Source: Nannocystales bacterium (GTDB lineage: Bacteria; Myxococcota_A; Polyangia; Nannocystales; Nannocystaceae). Taken from it: a stretch of 50,030 nucleotides of DNA. The notes below the pieces were generated by a model. The model saw nothing but the letters and a program-made list of their open reading frames with translations, had not been told where the DNA came from and did not search any database. This document shows positions 1-10,312 of this stretch, piece after piece (the stretch's first letter is position 1; each line of letters starts with the position of its first letter). The stretch covers positions 134,059 to 184,088 of the forward strand of contig JBOEGF010000016.1 of NCBI GenBank assembly GCA_050633305.1, given 5' to 3'. A program made the translations under genes and the position numbers.

Positions 1-84
1 TACGCCCGGTACAGCGGCGTTTCGGCTCCTACCCAGGAGCGAAAAATCCTTCGCGATCCGCCGCGCCGGGTTCACCACGGGCTG

Positions 85-804
85 CTAGGGCTGGAAGACC
101 TGAACGAGCAGGCCGCCGGGAGCGGGCTCCTCGCAGAATGCTGGCGGCGGGATCTCCAGGGCGGTGGTCAGACACATGCAGTCGATCGAGTCCGAGCATT
201 CCGCGGGCATGCCCAGGCACTCATAGATGATTGGGGCTCCCTTGACGCCGGGGAACGTCGCCAAGCAGTACTGAGCCACCGTGACGCATTGCAGTTCGTT
301 GCCGCAGTCGAAGGTCGTGCAAGCATCGTCGGCAACACAGCCTTCGCCGTCGACGAAGTTTGCATCTGGCCCACAGTCGCAGCCGGGATCGAGCGCTTCG
401 CAGTCGTTTGGAATCCCGCAGTAGTAGTCGCCACACGCGGTGGGGTCCCACGTCCCGTCGGTGGACTCACACAGCGCCTGCGGACCCGGTGCTCCGGTGG
501 AGCTGCTCTCGGCCCCGGTGCTCCCCGTGCTCGACGTGCTCTCGTCCGTCGCGGTTCCGGTGCTGGAACTGCTCTCCGCCGAGGTCGCGTCGGTCGTGCC
601 CGAAGAGCTGGTCCCAGAGCTCGCACTTCCCGAGGCGGTGTCCGTGTTCGCCGAATCGGACGCGGTGACGGTGTCTGTTCCGGTGGGGAGGTTGTCTGTG
701 TCGCCCGAGCCGCCGCCGGAGTTCCCATCGGTGTCGGTGTCGCCGTCCGATGTCGCGTTGCAGCCAAGCGCCACAGCGATCGCAAGAAGACCAAGTCGCT
801 TCAT
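85..804 (-). CDS. Cys-rich secreted lipoprotein with Ser/Thr/Asp-rich stalk
   Basis: Start moved to ATG 804 (MKRLGLLAIAVALG-C, lipobox). Low-complexity S/T/G linker, then a C-terminal domain with many Cys. Confidence 0.8.
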   Translation of the reverse strand: MKRLGLLAIAVALGCNATSDGDTDTDGNSGGGSGDTDNLPTGTDTVTASDSANTDTASGSASSGTSSSGTTDATSAESSSSTGTATDESTSSTGSTGAESSSTGAPGPQALCESTDGTWDPTACGDYYCGIPNDCEALDPGCDCGPDANFVDGEGCVADDACTTFDCGNELQCVTVAQYCLATFPGVKGAPIIYECLGMPAECSDSIDCMCLTTALEIPPPAFCEEPAPGGLLVQVFQP

Positions 805-859
805 GCGGTGGAGCATGCGACATCGGCTCGTCTTGCGAAAGCGCAGCTTGATCTGACCT

Positions 860-2044
860 CTACCCGGGGACGATCGTTTCGCACCCGAACGCGATGCTGA
901 TCGACCCATTCTTCGCAACTTGGGCTTCCTCGCAGGTTTGAGGGCACATCACGATCCTGGTCGGTGCGGCCGGATTGTCATAGTACCAGCCGTCGAGGAC
1001 GGCGGCGCACTCCGCTGCGCTGTCGACTCGCGGGATGGGAAGGATGCCGCCGAGTCCGTCGTTGAACTCGACATTGACTTTGTCGGGGTCGAAGGACTCT
1101 CCGTTGGGAGGCTCCGGGATCTCAAACTCGCATGCGAGCTGGGTTCCGCCAATGACCTCGGTGGACAGGGCATCGAACACGGCCTGGAAGTCCTGGTCGC
1201 ACAGGTCTGCTGCGACGCCCCCACGGTCGTTGGTGAGGTCGATGTAGGGCTGGCCGATGTCTGCCGCGGTGGGGCAGTTGGAGTGGCTCACAACCGAGTG
1301 GTGAATGTACTCGGCGTAGGTTGGGTCCAGTCCGGTGAATCCCGTGTTGAAGGCTTCGGCGCTGATGTTCGGATCGTCGTCACTGATGACGACCACATGC
1401 TTGGACGACTCCGCTCGCATGAACGGCGTCCACTGGGCCGCGGTGTTGAGGATATCGGCCCAAGCGCTCGAGCTGCTGACCTGTCGGTTCACATGGTTGA
1501 AGAGCGGGAGGTTGGTGTCGCTTCCCGGACAGCCGCCGGCCCCCAGTGGTGGGTCGATGCAGATGCCGTTGCCGCTGTTCGGATAGCTGGAGATCAGGAC
1601 CACGTGCACGTCGATGCCGCTGTCGATGATCTGCGTGCTGAAGTCGTTGAGGCGCTCCTGCACCTGTGCCGCCTCGAAGGTCATGGAGCCAGAGTTGTCG
1701 ACGACAAAGATGATGTCGGCGGGCAAGGGGACGAGTTCCGCTGCTTCGCTGACCGCGGCGCATTCCTCTTCCTCGGGAAGGTCTCCCGACGGCGCGGCAC
1801 CGAGGTCGAACTTGGGCCCGTCGCCCCCGCTCGACCCACCGGAACTCCCTTCTCCCGACCCGCCCGGGGTACTCGTCGTGTCTCCAGTGCCGTCGGTCCC
1901 GGATCCGGTGCTCGACAGCCCGCCGAGTGTCCCTGCGCTGGCTTGGGTGCCGTCGTTGCTTTCGCCATCGCAGGCGCAGAACAGCAACGAAGCCCCAACG
2001 AGGGCGATCCCAGCCTTTTTTGAGTGTGCCACAGCCCAACCCAT
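860..2044 (-). CDS. vWA-domain lipoprotein (myxobacterial type)
   Basis: Signal/lipobox LLFCAC, S/T/G stalk, MIDAS motif DIIFVVDNSGSM, VVISDD, and C-terminal GWYYD..P..I.MCP.TC domain. Start at ATG 2044 is inferred. Confidence 0.8.
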   Translation of the reverse strand: MGWAVAHSKKAGIALVGASLLFCACDGESNDGTQASAGTLGGLSSTGSGTDGTGDTTSTPGGSGEGSSGGSSGGDGPKFDLGAAPSGDLPEEEECAAVSEAAELVPLPADIIFVVDNSGSMTFEAAQVQERLNDFSTQIIDSGIDVHVVLISSYPNSGNGICIDPPLGAGGCPGSDTNLPLFNHVNRQVSSSSAWADILNTAAQWTPFMRAESSKHVVVISDDDPNISAEAFNTGFTGLDPTYAEYIHHSVVSHSNCPTAADIGQPYIDLTNDRGGVAADLCDQDFQAVFDALSTEVIGGTQLACEFEIPEPPNGESFDPDKVNVEFNDGLGGILPIPRVDSAAECAAVLDGWYYDNPAAPTRIVMCPQTCEEAQVAKNGSISIAFGCETIVPG

Positions 2045-2129
2045 CGGGGGTTGGACACCAAGATGTGCCTCGCCTTCCAGGACCCCGCGAAGAAAGTATG
2101 GCGCCTGGCGTCGGCCCTCAGCGTTTCGC

Positions 2130-3062
2130 CTATTTCTTCTCGGGTGCGGCGGCGGGAAGATCGTTTCCGACGAGCTTCTTCTCGGGCGGGGGCACGGTGC
2201 CAATGCTGCCGGGGTCTTTCGCGTCGACCACGGCAACGTCTTCGGTGGGCATCGCGAAGTTGGCCTCGTCAACGGGGGCGTTGAGTTCGACCACGCTGAG
2301 CTCTTGGGTGAGCTCCATGAGTGAGGCGTCGGTCACCTGCTTGTAGGGGATTTTCATCCCCTCGACGTCTCGGTAGTCGGTGGAACGAATCGTGACGGGC
2401 ATCGAACCAAGCGGGCTGAACACTTTGAACGACTGCTCGACCATCAAATGACTGGTCGCATCGATGGTGACGGTGAGGATGGCGCCAGACTTGGCGCTCA
2501 GCTCGATGTCGTAGGCTTTTTTGCCCTTGATATCGCGCTCCGCGACGGTCGTGGCCTTCTCGAAGAAGTTCCGCCAATCGGCCGTGAGCAGCAGGCTACT
2601 GGCCCACATGTGCTGTTCGGCTTCCTTGCCGTCGAGCTTGCGCAAGCCGTTGATCGGCTCTTCTGCCCAGATCAAGTCGCCCTTCTTTCCACTGCGGTTG
2701 ATGCCAAGACCGGGGATGGTCTGGACCATGTAGAAGTCGCCGCCCTTCCACCACGTCTCAACCTTACCGCTGAGGTTTTGCTTGGGGGCGCCGATGGTGC
2801 CCTCGAGGTGAAAGCTCTTGACCGACTCGAGCTTGGCCTTTCCTCCAACCGCATCGACCGACTTGGCGAGTAGGTCCGCCGCGTCCGGAAGGGTGCTCTC
2901 GGGCTCTTGTGGGGTCTCGTCTTCCTTGGCCTCGTCACCGTCTTCGGAGGCCTTGTCTGGGGCAGGCGTTTCTTTCGAAGTCGTTGTTGCGGGGCCGGGC
3001 TCGGTACAGCCGGAGACAAGCAGGGAGGCGGTGAACAACAGAGAGGTGAGTCGGCGCATCAT
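2130..3062 (-). CDS. Lipoprotein with LolA-like/DUF620-type beta domain
   Basis: Lipobox LLVSG-C. Motifs A.GG...LESVKS and SDYR.V.G.KIP...VELN.PVDE..F.MP are typical of this family. Start overlaps the stop of the upstream peptidase. Confidence 0.65.
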   Translation of the reverse strand: MMRRLTSLLFTASLLVSGCTEPGPATTTSKETPAPDKASEDGDEAKEDETPQEPESTLPDAADLLAKSVDAVGGKAKLESVKSFHLEGTIGAPKQNLSGKVETWWKGGDFYMVQTIPGLGINRSGKKGDLIWAEEPINGLRKLDGKEAEQHMWASSLLLTADWRNFFEKATTVAERDIKGKKAYDIELSAKSGAILTVTIDATSHLMVEQSFKVFSPLGSMPVTIRSTDYRDVEGMKIPYKQVTDASLMELTQELSVVELNAPVDEANFAMPTEDVAVVDAKDPGSIGTVPPPEKKLVGNDLPAAAPEKK

Positions 3063-4444
3063 TTACCTTTGAGGTCGGCGACCGCCGCTTCGAGGACGGG
3101 GTCTTTTCCCGCGGCGAAGTCGGCCACGGTCTCGGGGACGATGTGGTCCGGGACGACGCCTCGCCCTTCGACGAGGACGCCCTTGGGCGAGTGATAGTCG
3201 CCCACGACGTATTGGAAGAGTGCACCCCCGTCGAGTTGCTCGATGAGGGAGGGAAGGGCTGCGCCGGCAGAGGGGCCGCCGCCGTAGATCGTGACCCGGC
3301 CCAGGTCGCGCATGCCCGCCGCGAAGATCTCGGAGGTGCTCGCGGTGCCCTCGTCGACCAGCAAAGCCACGGGCCCGGAGAAGGGGTTTGCGTCGGGGGT
3401 GACGTTGAATTCCTGAGTGAACTCGCGCATTTCGAGCTTGCCGAGACTTCCCGGCTGCGTCAGGAGGCTGCGAGCAAGCGAGACGGACATGGGCCCAACC
3501 CCGCCGGGGTTGCCTCGAAGATCCAGCACCAGCGCCGTCATGCCCTGTTCGCGCAGCTCGGCCAGCGCCGCCTGCAACTTGGGAAGCATCGGGAGCATCC
3601 AGACGTTGAAGCCCAGCACGCCCACCGTCGTGCCCTCGACCATTCGATGCTCCACGCTTGTGGGAACATTGGTGAGGTTGCCCAGGGACATCGTCTCGGA
3701 CGTGTCGGTCTTGCAGGGCAGGGAGGTGGGTGTGGACTCGCCTTCGACGCTCACCGTCCGGGTTTCGCCGGGGGCGGGACAGGAGAGTTTGGCCGCGGCA
3801 AGTCGGGCGGTCAGGCTCGCGAACTCGGCCGCGCGTTCTGTCCGCTGTTCCGCGCGTTCTTTCAGCTCCGAGACGGGGGTGCCGGCAAGCTTCTCGAGGA
3901 CCGCGCCGGCCTTGACGGCCGAGTCCGAGGGCGCGTGCACAACGACGAGCTTGCCCTGAATCCAGCGCACATCGAGGTCCACGGACGCTGGCCCGATCGC
4001 CTCGTCACTCCCAGCTGAGAACAATTTCACGTGGGACTGGCCCAGCTCGCCCAACATCTCGTTGATCACCGCAAACGCCTCGGTCTGGTCCAGGGTCTTG
4101 GCCAGCTTGGTTCCGTAACGCACTCGAGCGTCTGGCCAGTCCACGCAACCCAAAGTCGGGTCGTAGTGTTTCTCCAAGACGAGGGTCCACGTCTGCTCCA
4201 GCGTCCGTCGGTACCGGCTCTCGGGGATCGCGGCCCGGTCGGAGAGGTCCTCCTTCGACCAGTCGGTGCACTTGGCGGTGCCGAGTTTGGCGTCGGCGTT
4301 CGGCGCCGCCTCGGCCGCGGGCTTGCGATCGGCTGGCGGCGCTCTGTGCGGTTCGGCCGCAGCGGATGCGGGAGCGTCGGCCGGCGGGGCGCCGTCACAG
4401 GCCACGAGCATGAGGCTGGCGGCGAGTCCGAGGCGGAAGAGCAT
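3059..4444 (-). CDS. S41-family peptidase, lipoprotein
   Basis: Lipobox LVA-C, LVLDLRGNPGG, catalytic motif TASTSEIF, EGRGVVPD and DPVLEAA. Confidence 0.9.
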   Translation of the reverse strand: MLFRLGLAASLMLVACDGAPPADAPASAAAEPHRAPPADRKPAAEAAPNADAKLGTAKCTDWSKEDLSDRAAIPESRYRRTLEQTWTLVLEKHYDPTLGCVDWPDARVRYGTKLAKTLDQTEAFAVINEMLGELGQSHVKLFSAGSDEAIGPASVDLDVRWIQGKLVVVHAPSDSAVKAGAVLEKLAGTPVSELKERAEQRTERAAEFASLTARLAAAKLSCPAPGETRTVSVEGESTPTSLPCKTDTSETMSLGNLTNVPTSVEHRMVEGTTVGVLGFNVWMLPMLPKLQAALAELREQGMTALVLDLRGNPGGVGPMSVSLARSLLTQPGSLGKLEMREFTQEFNVTPDANPFSGPVALLVDEGTASTSEIFAAGMRDLGRVTIYGGGPSAGAALPSLIEQLDGGALFQYVVGDYHSPKGVLVEGRGVVPDHIVPETVADFAAGKDPVLEAAVADLKGK

Positions 4445-4553
4445 GCCCGGCACTTCTACCAGCGAAGGCGCTCCACGTCCGGATCCGACCCGAATCTCGG
4501 GCGTTCGGGACCCTTCACACGGCCTGTCCGCACATCACGTGGGGGACCGAAGA

Positions 4554-5711
4554 ATGGGCAGGAGGACGAGGGTGAGCGTGTTGGGGCTGGGGCTCCTGGT
4601 GGGGTGCGGCGACTTCGAGGAGGCTCGGGATACCTCATCCGGAATCGGCCTTGGGACCCTCGGCAAGGCCGATAGCGACACCGACCCCAGCGACACCGAC
4701 GCGCCTGGGACCTCCGGAGATCACGGCGGCTCGGACAGCGGAAGCTCGGGCTTTGGACCTCCGGGCTCGGGACCTGCGTTCGACGTGGGGGATGGCGACG
4801 GTGCGAACCCCGACTCGACCGATTCTTGCGGGACGGAGTGCGAGTGCACGATCCCCGAACACCAGCCGTGCGACGGCGCAACCGGAGACCCGTTCCGGGC
4901 GATGGGGCTGGGCTGTCCGGGAGAGCTTGCGGTCCAATCCTCTGTGACCGGGCCGCCGGGCGCGATCGGTGTTCGTTCCTCGTTTGGTGGCAACGGGACG
5001 TTCGCACCGCGCGAGGGCCAGAGCTACGCGGTGATCGGCTCGGGCTTCGTCACCGATCTCGACTTCGCCACCCCACCGGGCGACAGCAACGACGATCCCT
5101 TGCATTGCAACGACGACCTCGGCGGGCAGTGGGACCCCGGCGGAGTCCTTCCGCCGCCCCTTCGAGTTGGAGGCGTTGCGGGCGATTGCACCGCCGACCC
5201 CGTCCTCGTCGGGACCGGCGACTGCTCCAACACCATCGCCGACCAGTTCAACCAAGGCAGCTCCGCCAACGACTACGTGGAGCTGCGGTTCGAGTTGGAT
5301 GTCCCCGTCGACGTGGTGTCGCTGAGCTACGACTTCGCGTTCTTCTCGACGGAGTACCCGTTCTACTTTGGGTCGACCTTCAACGACATGTACGTGGGTT
5401 GGCTGGAGTCCGAGGCATGGACGGGCAACATCTCGTTCGACGCGATGGGGAATCCGATCTCGCTCAACGCGGGCTTCCTCGATTATCGTGACGACGCTGG
5501 AAACCTGCCGGAGTTTCAGGGCACCTGCATGCGGCAGCACGCCGGGACCGGGTGGCTCAGCACCAGTGCGGGCGTTTCCCCGGGGGAGCACATCACAGTC
5601 GCTTTCGGCATCTTCGACCTCAGCGACTCGATTCTCGATAGCTACGTCTTCCTCGACAACTTCCAGTGGGGTTGCGAGCCGGGCGCACCGGTGACCACTC
5701 CGGAGGGGTAG
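4554..5711 (+). CDS. Choice-of-anchor L domain lipoprotein
   Basis: Lipobox LLVG-C; FAFFSTEYP.Y.GS.FND and IFDLSDSILDS.VFLDNF motifs. Start moved to ATG 4554. Confidence 0.75.
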   Translation: MGRRTRVSVLGLGLLVGCGDFEEARDTSSGIGLGTLGKADSDTDPSDTDAPGTSGDHGGSDSGSSGFGPPGSGPAFDVGDGDGANPDSTDSCGTECECTIPEHQPCDGATGDPFRAMGLGCPGELAVQSSVTGPPGAIGVRSSFGGNGTFAPREGQSYAVIGSGFVTDLDFATPPGDSNDDPLHCNDDLGGQWDPGGVLPPPLRVGGVAGDCTADPVLVGTGDCSNTIADQFNQGSSANDYVELRFELDVPVDVVSLSYDFAFFSTEYPFYFGSTFNDMYVGWLESEAWTGNISFDAMGNPISLNAGFLDYRDDAGNLPEFQGTCMRQHAGTGWLSTSAGVSPGEHITVAFGIFDLSDSILDSYVFLDNFQWGCEPGAPVTTPEG

Positions 5712-5747
5712 CTTTCTCCTCGCCCGAGGATCGCCTACTGTCCGGCG

Positions 5748-6362
5748 GTGTTGGCCCCGTTTGCCATCCTCCTGCTCGCGGCACCGGAGCCCGCGGACAC
5801 GCCGTTGGAGGGCGTGAGTCTCAGCTTCGCGTTCGAGCCCCGAGTCGGAAGCTACGCGGGCCTCGATCAGAAACTCCGGGGATACGACTTCACCCCCGTA
5901 CGCTCGCCGTATCTGACGGCGTTCGGTTTGCGGGGGCGGACCTGGCTTCCCAGTGGACTTCTACTGGAGCTCACGATGACCTACGGAATCGGGACGGCCG
6001 ATGCGCGGGAGCCTGACGGGATCCCAACCGTGACCACGGCGATCGACTCGGGGGTGGGCGTTGGGTACATGGCGCGCTTTGGGTTGTTTGCAACGATGGG
6101 CACCGGGTTTGGGGTGATGACGCAGTCGGTCGCCTCGACCTCCGAGGGCGGCGCGTTGGTCTACCGCGCGCCGTTTTTTCATCCCAGGGTTGGCTATGCG
6201 CTGATGCGGTCTGCGTGGTTTGGAGCGGTCACCGCGGGGTTTGTGTTGCACACCCCGGTCGGGTCGCCGCACCAGCAGCCCTTGTGGGAGGAGCCCTTCT
6301 CCCGGTCCACGATTCACGCGTTCACGATCGGGATTGAGTCGGGGTTTGGGTGGTCGCGATGA
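5748..6362 (+). CDS. Hypothetical exported protein, possible small outer-membrane beta-barrel
   Basis: N-terminal signal peptide, alternating amphipathic strands, aromatic-rich C-terminal strand. Coupled to the next gene by an ATGA overlap. Confidence 0.55.
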   Translation: MLAPFAILLLAAPEPADTPLEGVSLSFAFEPRVGSYAGLDQKLRGYDFTPVRSPYLTAFGLRGRTWLPSGLLLELTMTYGIGTADAREPDGIPTVTTAIDSGVGVGYMARFGLFATMGTGFGVMTQSVASTSEGGALVYRAPFFHPRVGYALMRSAWFGAVTAGFVLHTPVGSPHQQPLWEEPFSRSTIHAFTIGIESGFGWSR

Positions 6363-7429
6363 GGCGTGGTTGGGTCGCACTATTGGGGCTCTTGGCTTCG
6401 TGCTCCGAACCATGCCGCGATGCACCGCAGGGTGACCTGGGGGAGCCGACTGCGTGGGAGCGCGAGTTTGTCAGCGGCGACGGTCTTCCCGAGTCCCCCG
6501 AGCCGGAGTTCTTGGCCGCTGAAGACGGACTCCCGCTCGCATACCGTGATTGGGTGCCGACGGATTGGGACGGGACCGGAGCGATGGTCTTGCTGTTGCA
6601 CGGTTCGTCGGCGTACGGAGAACTCTACGCCGCACTTGGTGAGGGGGTGGCGGCGGAAGGCGTGTTGCTCCGCATCGTCGATCTACGCGGGCATGGGCTC
6701 TCGAGTTGTGTGACGCCGACCGAGTGCGGAACCCGGAGCCCTCGCGTCTATGAGGACGACGGCGCCTACTGGCCTGGCCGACCGGGCGACGCTCTCGACC
6801 CGTTTCAGCACGCCCGGGATGTGGCTCTGCACCTGGAGCACCTGCGAGCGCAATGGCCAGCCGCACGCTTGCTGCTGATGGGACACAGCTCGGGAGGCGG
6901 ACTCGTGTCTCGGGTCGTCGAGAGCGGTGGGATGGCCGGGCTCGATGGCGCGATCGTGTTGGCGCCGTTCAACCACGCGGACCAGCCGCAAAACGAGCTG
7001 CTGTCCTGGGACTGTGGTCGCGGGGTCGGGACCGCCTATGCCCAGGTCGACTTAGGGGCACTCGGGGATGCGATGCGCGACAATCCCCACCGATATGTCC
7101 TCGACCTGGTCAAGAACGAGGAATACCGCGCAGACCTCGACACGCAGCGCTACACGGCCACGACGATGCTGGGCCTGGCGGTCCTCGACGCCGACCGGTT
7201 TCACGCAGCGTTCGTTGGACCCACGCTTTGGGTCGCAGGTGAAGAGGATGCGTTGCTGGATGTTGAGGAGTCGCGGGGGGAGTTCGACCGGATGCCCGGC
7301 GGTACGGCATTTGTGACCGTGACGGACACGAGCCACGTGGGGGTGACATGGTCCCGCGGTGTCGCACAGTTATGTGCCCGGTTTGCCAAGGATCCGAGCA
7401 GCGTCGAAGGCGGGACGATCGAGCCGTAG
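6359..7429 (+). CDS. Alpha/beta hydrolase (lysophospholipase-like) lipoprotein
   Basis: Lipobox LLAS-C, LLHG, DLRGHG, nucleophile elbow GHSSGG, Asp in GEEDAL, His in SHVG. Confidence 0.88.
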   Translation: MRRGWVALLGLLASCSEPCRDAPQGDLGEPTAWEREFVSGDGLPESPEPEFLAAEDGLPLAYRDWVPTDWDGTGAMVLLLHGSSAYGELYAALGEGVAAEGVLLRIVDLRGHGLSSCVTPTECGTRSPRVYEDDGAYWPGRPGDALDPFQHARDVALHLEHLRAQWPAARLLLMGHSSGGGLVSRVVESGGMAGLDGAIVLAPFNHADQPQNELLSWDCGRGVGTAYAQVDLGALGDAMRDNPHRYVLDLVKNEEYRADLDTQRYTATTMLGLAVLDADRFHAAFVGPTLWVAGEEDALLDVEESRGEFDRMPGGTAFVTVTDTSHVGVTWSRGVAQLCARFAKDPSSVEGGTIEP

Positions 7430-7469
7430 GCGCGGCGGCGGGCAAGTCCCGATATACTTCGTGGACGTC

Positions 7470-8231
7470 ATGCCCGTGAACTGGTCCGCCGTCGCAAGTG
7501 ACACTGCCCATCGCCCTTGGCCTGCGCCAGATCGGAGCTGGGTGATGACGATGAGCTGGCTCGATCTTCTGTTTGCGCACTGGCGCGTGCCCGCCCAACT
7601 CATCGCGGACAAGCTTCCTGAGGGGCTCGAGGTGGACACCTTCGAAGGAGAGGCATGGGTGGGGGTGGTGCCGTTTTGGATGGACAATGTCACCGGTCGC
7701 TTCCTGCCGAATGTGCCCGGGTTGTCTCGGTTCCCCGAACTCAACGTACGAACGTATGTGACCGCCGGCGGTGGGAAGCCAGGGGTCTGGTTTCTGAGCC
7801 TCGATGCGGACCAACGTTTGGCCGTGTGGGGCGCGCGGACGTTCTTTGACCTGCCGTACGTGCGTGCGGACATGGACTGCCGCACGGACGATGACGGCTG
7901 GGTCCAGTACCGGAGCCATCGAACCGACGACCGGATGGAGCCCGGCGTGTTCGAGGGACGCTACCGGGGTGTTGGGGATGCCTATCGCAGCGAGCCGGGA
8001 ACGCTGGAGACCTGGCTGACCGAGCGTTACTGCCTGTACGCAGCGGATGAGGAGGGGCGGGTTGGGCGTGGCGAGATTCAACACGTGCCGTGGCCGTTGC
8101 GTCGCGCGGAGGCCGAGATCCGCGTCAACACGGTCGCGGACGCCCACGGGCTGCAGTTTCACGGCGCGCCGTTGTTGCACTTCGTCGATCGGATCGACGT
8201 CGTAGGCTGGATGCTCGAACGTTTGGGGTAG
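7470..8231 (+). CDS. YqjF/DUF2071 family protein
   Basis: HRPWP, W.DLLFAHW, FPELNVRTYV, GVWFLSLDA, WLTERYCLY and I.H.PWPL motifs. Confidence 0.9.
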   Translation: MPVNWSAVASDTAHRPWPAPDRSWVMTMSWLDLLFAHWRVPAQLIADKLPEGLEVDTFEGEAWVGVVPFWMDNVTGRFLPNVPGLSRFPELNVRTYVTAGGGKPGVWFLSLDADQRLAVWGARTFFDLPYVRADMDCRTDDDGWVQYRSHRTDDRMEPGVFEGRYRGVGDAYRSEPGTLETWLTERYCLYAADEEGRVGRGEIQHVPWPLRRAEAEIRVNTVADAHGLQFHGAPLLHFVDRIDVVGWMLERLG

Positions 8232-8338
8232 GTGCGTTGGAGAAGCCGGTGGGCCGCGCGTCCGAACGCATCCCAAAACTCGTTCTTCGGGGCCGAGGGT
8301 TTGTATGCTTGTGACGGATGGGACGGACTGGGTTTCGC

Positions 8339-10255
8339 ATGCATGGGCGTGCATCGGCGCTTGTGCTGGGTCTCATTGTCGTGGCGTGCGGGCGCACGGA
8401 CCTCGCGCCCCTCGGCGGCGGCGGCACAACGGAGGCACCGCCGCAACCGGGGACCACGACGGGTTTCGATAGCACCACGACCGGCCTGCCGGGGTCGAGT
8501 ACGTCCGGGCTGCCCACCACATTCGGGACGACGAGCTCGACCTCCACAGACTCGACAGGGAGTGAGAGCAGCAGTGATGCGTCGAGCTCCTCGACCGGGG
8601 AGCCGCTCGACTGCGACAACGGGGCGTGGGAAGGCAACACCAGCGTGGTCGACATGGCCGAGCTGGAGTCGCTGCAGGGCTACACCAGCATCTCGGGCGA
8701 TCTCGTCCTGTTTGGGATCGACGGGGCTGTCGACTTCTCGGTCCTGGGGTGCATCGAATCGGTCGGCGGATCCGTACAGATCCGCAACAACCCCGACCTT
8801 GTCAGCCTCGATGGGCTTCAACGGCTGCAGAGCGTCGCCGGCATCGTCCACGTCAGCGACAACCCCCAGCTGGGCTCGATGCAGCTGGACAGCCTTGCCG
8901 CCATCGGCAACTCGGTCTTCATTCAGAACAACCCCTCGCTGCTCTCGCTCGCGGGCCTCGCCGCCCTCGGCTCCGTCGGTGGCCGCCTACGGATTTCGAC
9001 CAACGCCCAACTATCCTCGCTCACAGGACTCGAGGGCCTCTCCGGCGAGATCGGCGGGGTGGAGATCGTTGGACACGCGGTTCTCGGCGACCTCGATGGC
9101 CTCTCGGGCATCGACACGATCACGGGTGCTGTCCACGTCACCGACAACTCGCTCCTCTCCGACGTGTCGGGTTTGGCGGGCGTCGCAGGGGCTGTCTCAG
9201 GCATTCGGGTCCAGCGCAACGCGGCACTGCAACACTTCGACGGGCTGTCGGGAATCACCTCGGTGGGAGCGTCGGGCATCCGCGTTGAGGGCAACCCCAG
9301 CCTCCTGAGCCTTGGTGGTTGTGCCGGGATCGATGCGGTCATCGGGAACGTCTGGATCCAGAACAATAGCTCTCTGCCCACGTTGGATGGCCTGGGCGCA
9401 CTGACAACCGCGCAGACCAGCATCGTCGTCCAGTTCAACGACAGCCTGATCGACGCCGAAGGCATCGCCGGTTTGGAGTCGGTCGGACAATGGCTCGTGG
9501 TGGACGGCAACCCTCAGCTCGCGACGGTCGACTTCCCGGTCCTGGAGTCGGTCGGTCTCGTGCTCAGCGTGTCCTACAACGCTTCGCTCGAATCGCTGGG
9601 CGGCTTTAGCCAGTTGCAGTCCGTCGGGCAGCTGCTGCGCGTGATGGAGAACCCCACGTTGACCAGCATCAACGGGTTTGGCGGTCTCGAATTCCTCAAT
9701 GGAGACCTCAGGATCCAAGAAAACGCTCAGCTTGCGACCGTCAACGGGTTTAGCTCGCTGACCGAACTCAGCGATCGGGTCGTCGTCCAGGACAACCCAC
9801 AGTTGCTTCACGTCGATGGTCTTGGCTCGCTCGACTTCATCGGAGACCGATTGGCGTTCATTGGGAACACGAGCATGCCGCGGGTCGAGCTGGCGCGGCT
9901 GGAGCATGTCGGCAACGGAATGCAGATCCGGGAACACGACGCCTTGGTCGAGATCTCCATGCCGCTGTTGCAGTCCAGCGGCGGGTCTTTCTACCTGGGA
10001 GAGAACGCATCGCTGGTCGACGCCGGGGACTTCGGATCCCTGGCAACCATTGGGGGCGACTTTACGGCGCGAAACATGCCGCAGCTTCAGTCGCTCGATG
10101 GATTCCCGGTGCTGCTCGACGTTGGGGAAGATTTCCGTATCACGGGGAATTCGCTGCTACCCACCTGCGAAGCGCAGGCCCTGCAGCTGCAGCTCTCCTC
10201 CATTGGAGGCCTCGTGACCATTACGGACAACCTCCCCGACGCCTGCGGCGGCTGA
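8339..10255 (+). CDS. Lipoprotein with long Receptor L-domain-like leucine-rich repeat solenoid
   Basis: Lipobox IVVA-C, S/T stalk, about 20 repeats of GLxxLxxVxGxLxIxxNxxLxxL, C-terminal LPTCEA...DAC cap. Confidence 0.85.
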   Translation: MHGRASALVLGLIVVACGRTDLAPLGGGGTTEAPPQPGTTTGFDSTTTGLPGSSTSGLPTTFGTTSSTSTDSTGSESSSDASSSSTGEPLDCDNGAWEGNTSVVDMAELESLQGYTSISGDLVLFGIDGAVDFSVLGCIESVGGSVQIRNNPDLVSLDGLQRLQSVAGIVHVSDNPQLGSMQLDSLAAIGNSVFIQNNPSLLSLAGLAALGSVGGRLRISTNAQLSSLTGLEGLSGEIGGVEIVGHAVLGDLDGLSGIDTITGAVHVTDNSLLSDVSGLAGVAGAVSGIRVQRNAALQHFDGLSGITSVGASGIRVEGNPSLLSLGGCAGIDAVIGNVWIQNNSSLPTLDGLGALTTAQTSIVVQFNDSLIDAEGIAGLESVGQWLVVDGNPQLATVDFPVLESVGLVLSVSYNASLESLGGFSQLQSVGQLLRVMENPTLTSINGFGGLEFLNGDLRIQENAQLATVNGFSSLTELSDRVVVQDNPQLLHVDGLGSLDFIGDRLAFIGNTSMPRVELARLEHVGNGMQIREHDALVEISMPLLQSSGGSFYLGENASLVDAGDFGSLATIGGDFTARNMPQLQSLDGFPVLLDVGEDFRITGNSLLPTCEAQALQLQLSSIGGLVTITDNLPDACGG

Positions 10256-10312
10256 GCCCAAAGCGCAGACTGTCTGCGGCGGCCCGCCCATCGTGGTATT
10301 TCGACGAGGAGC

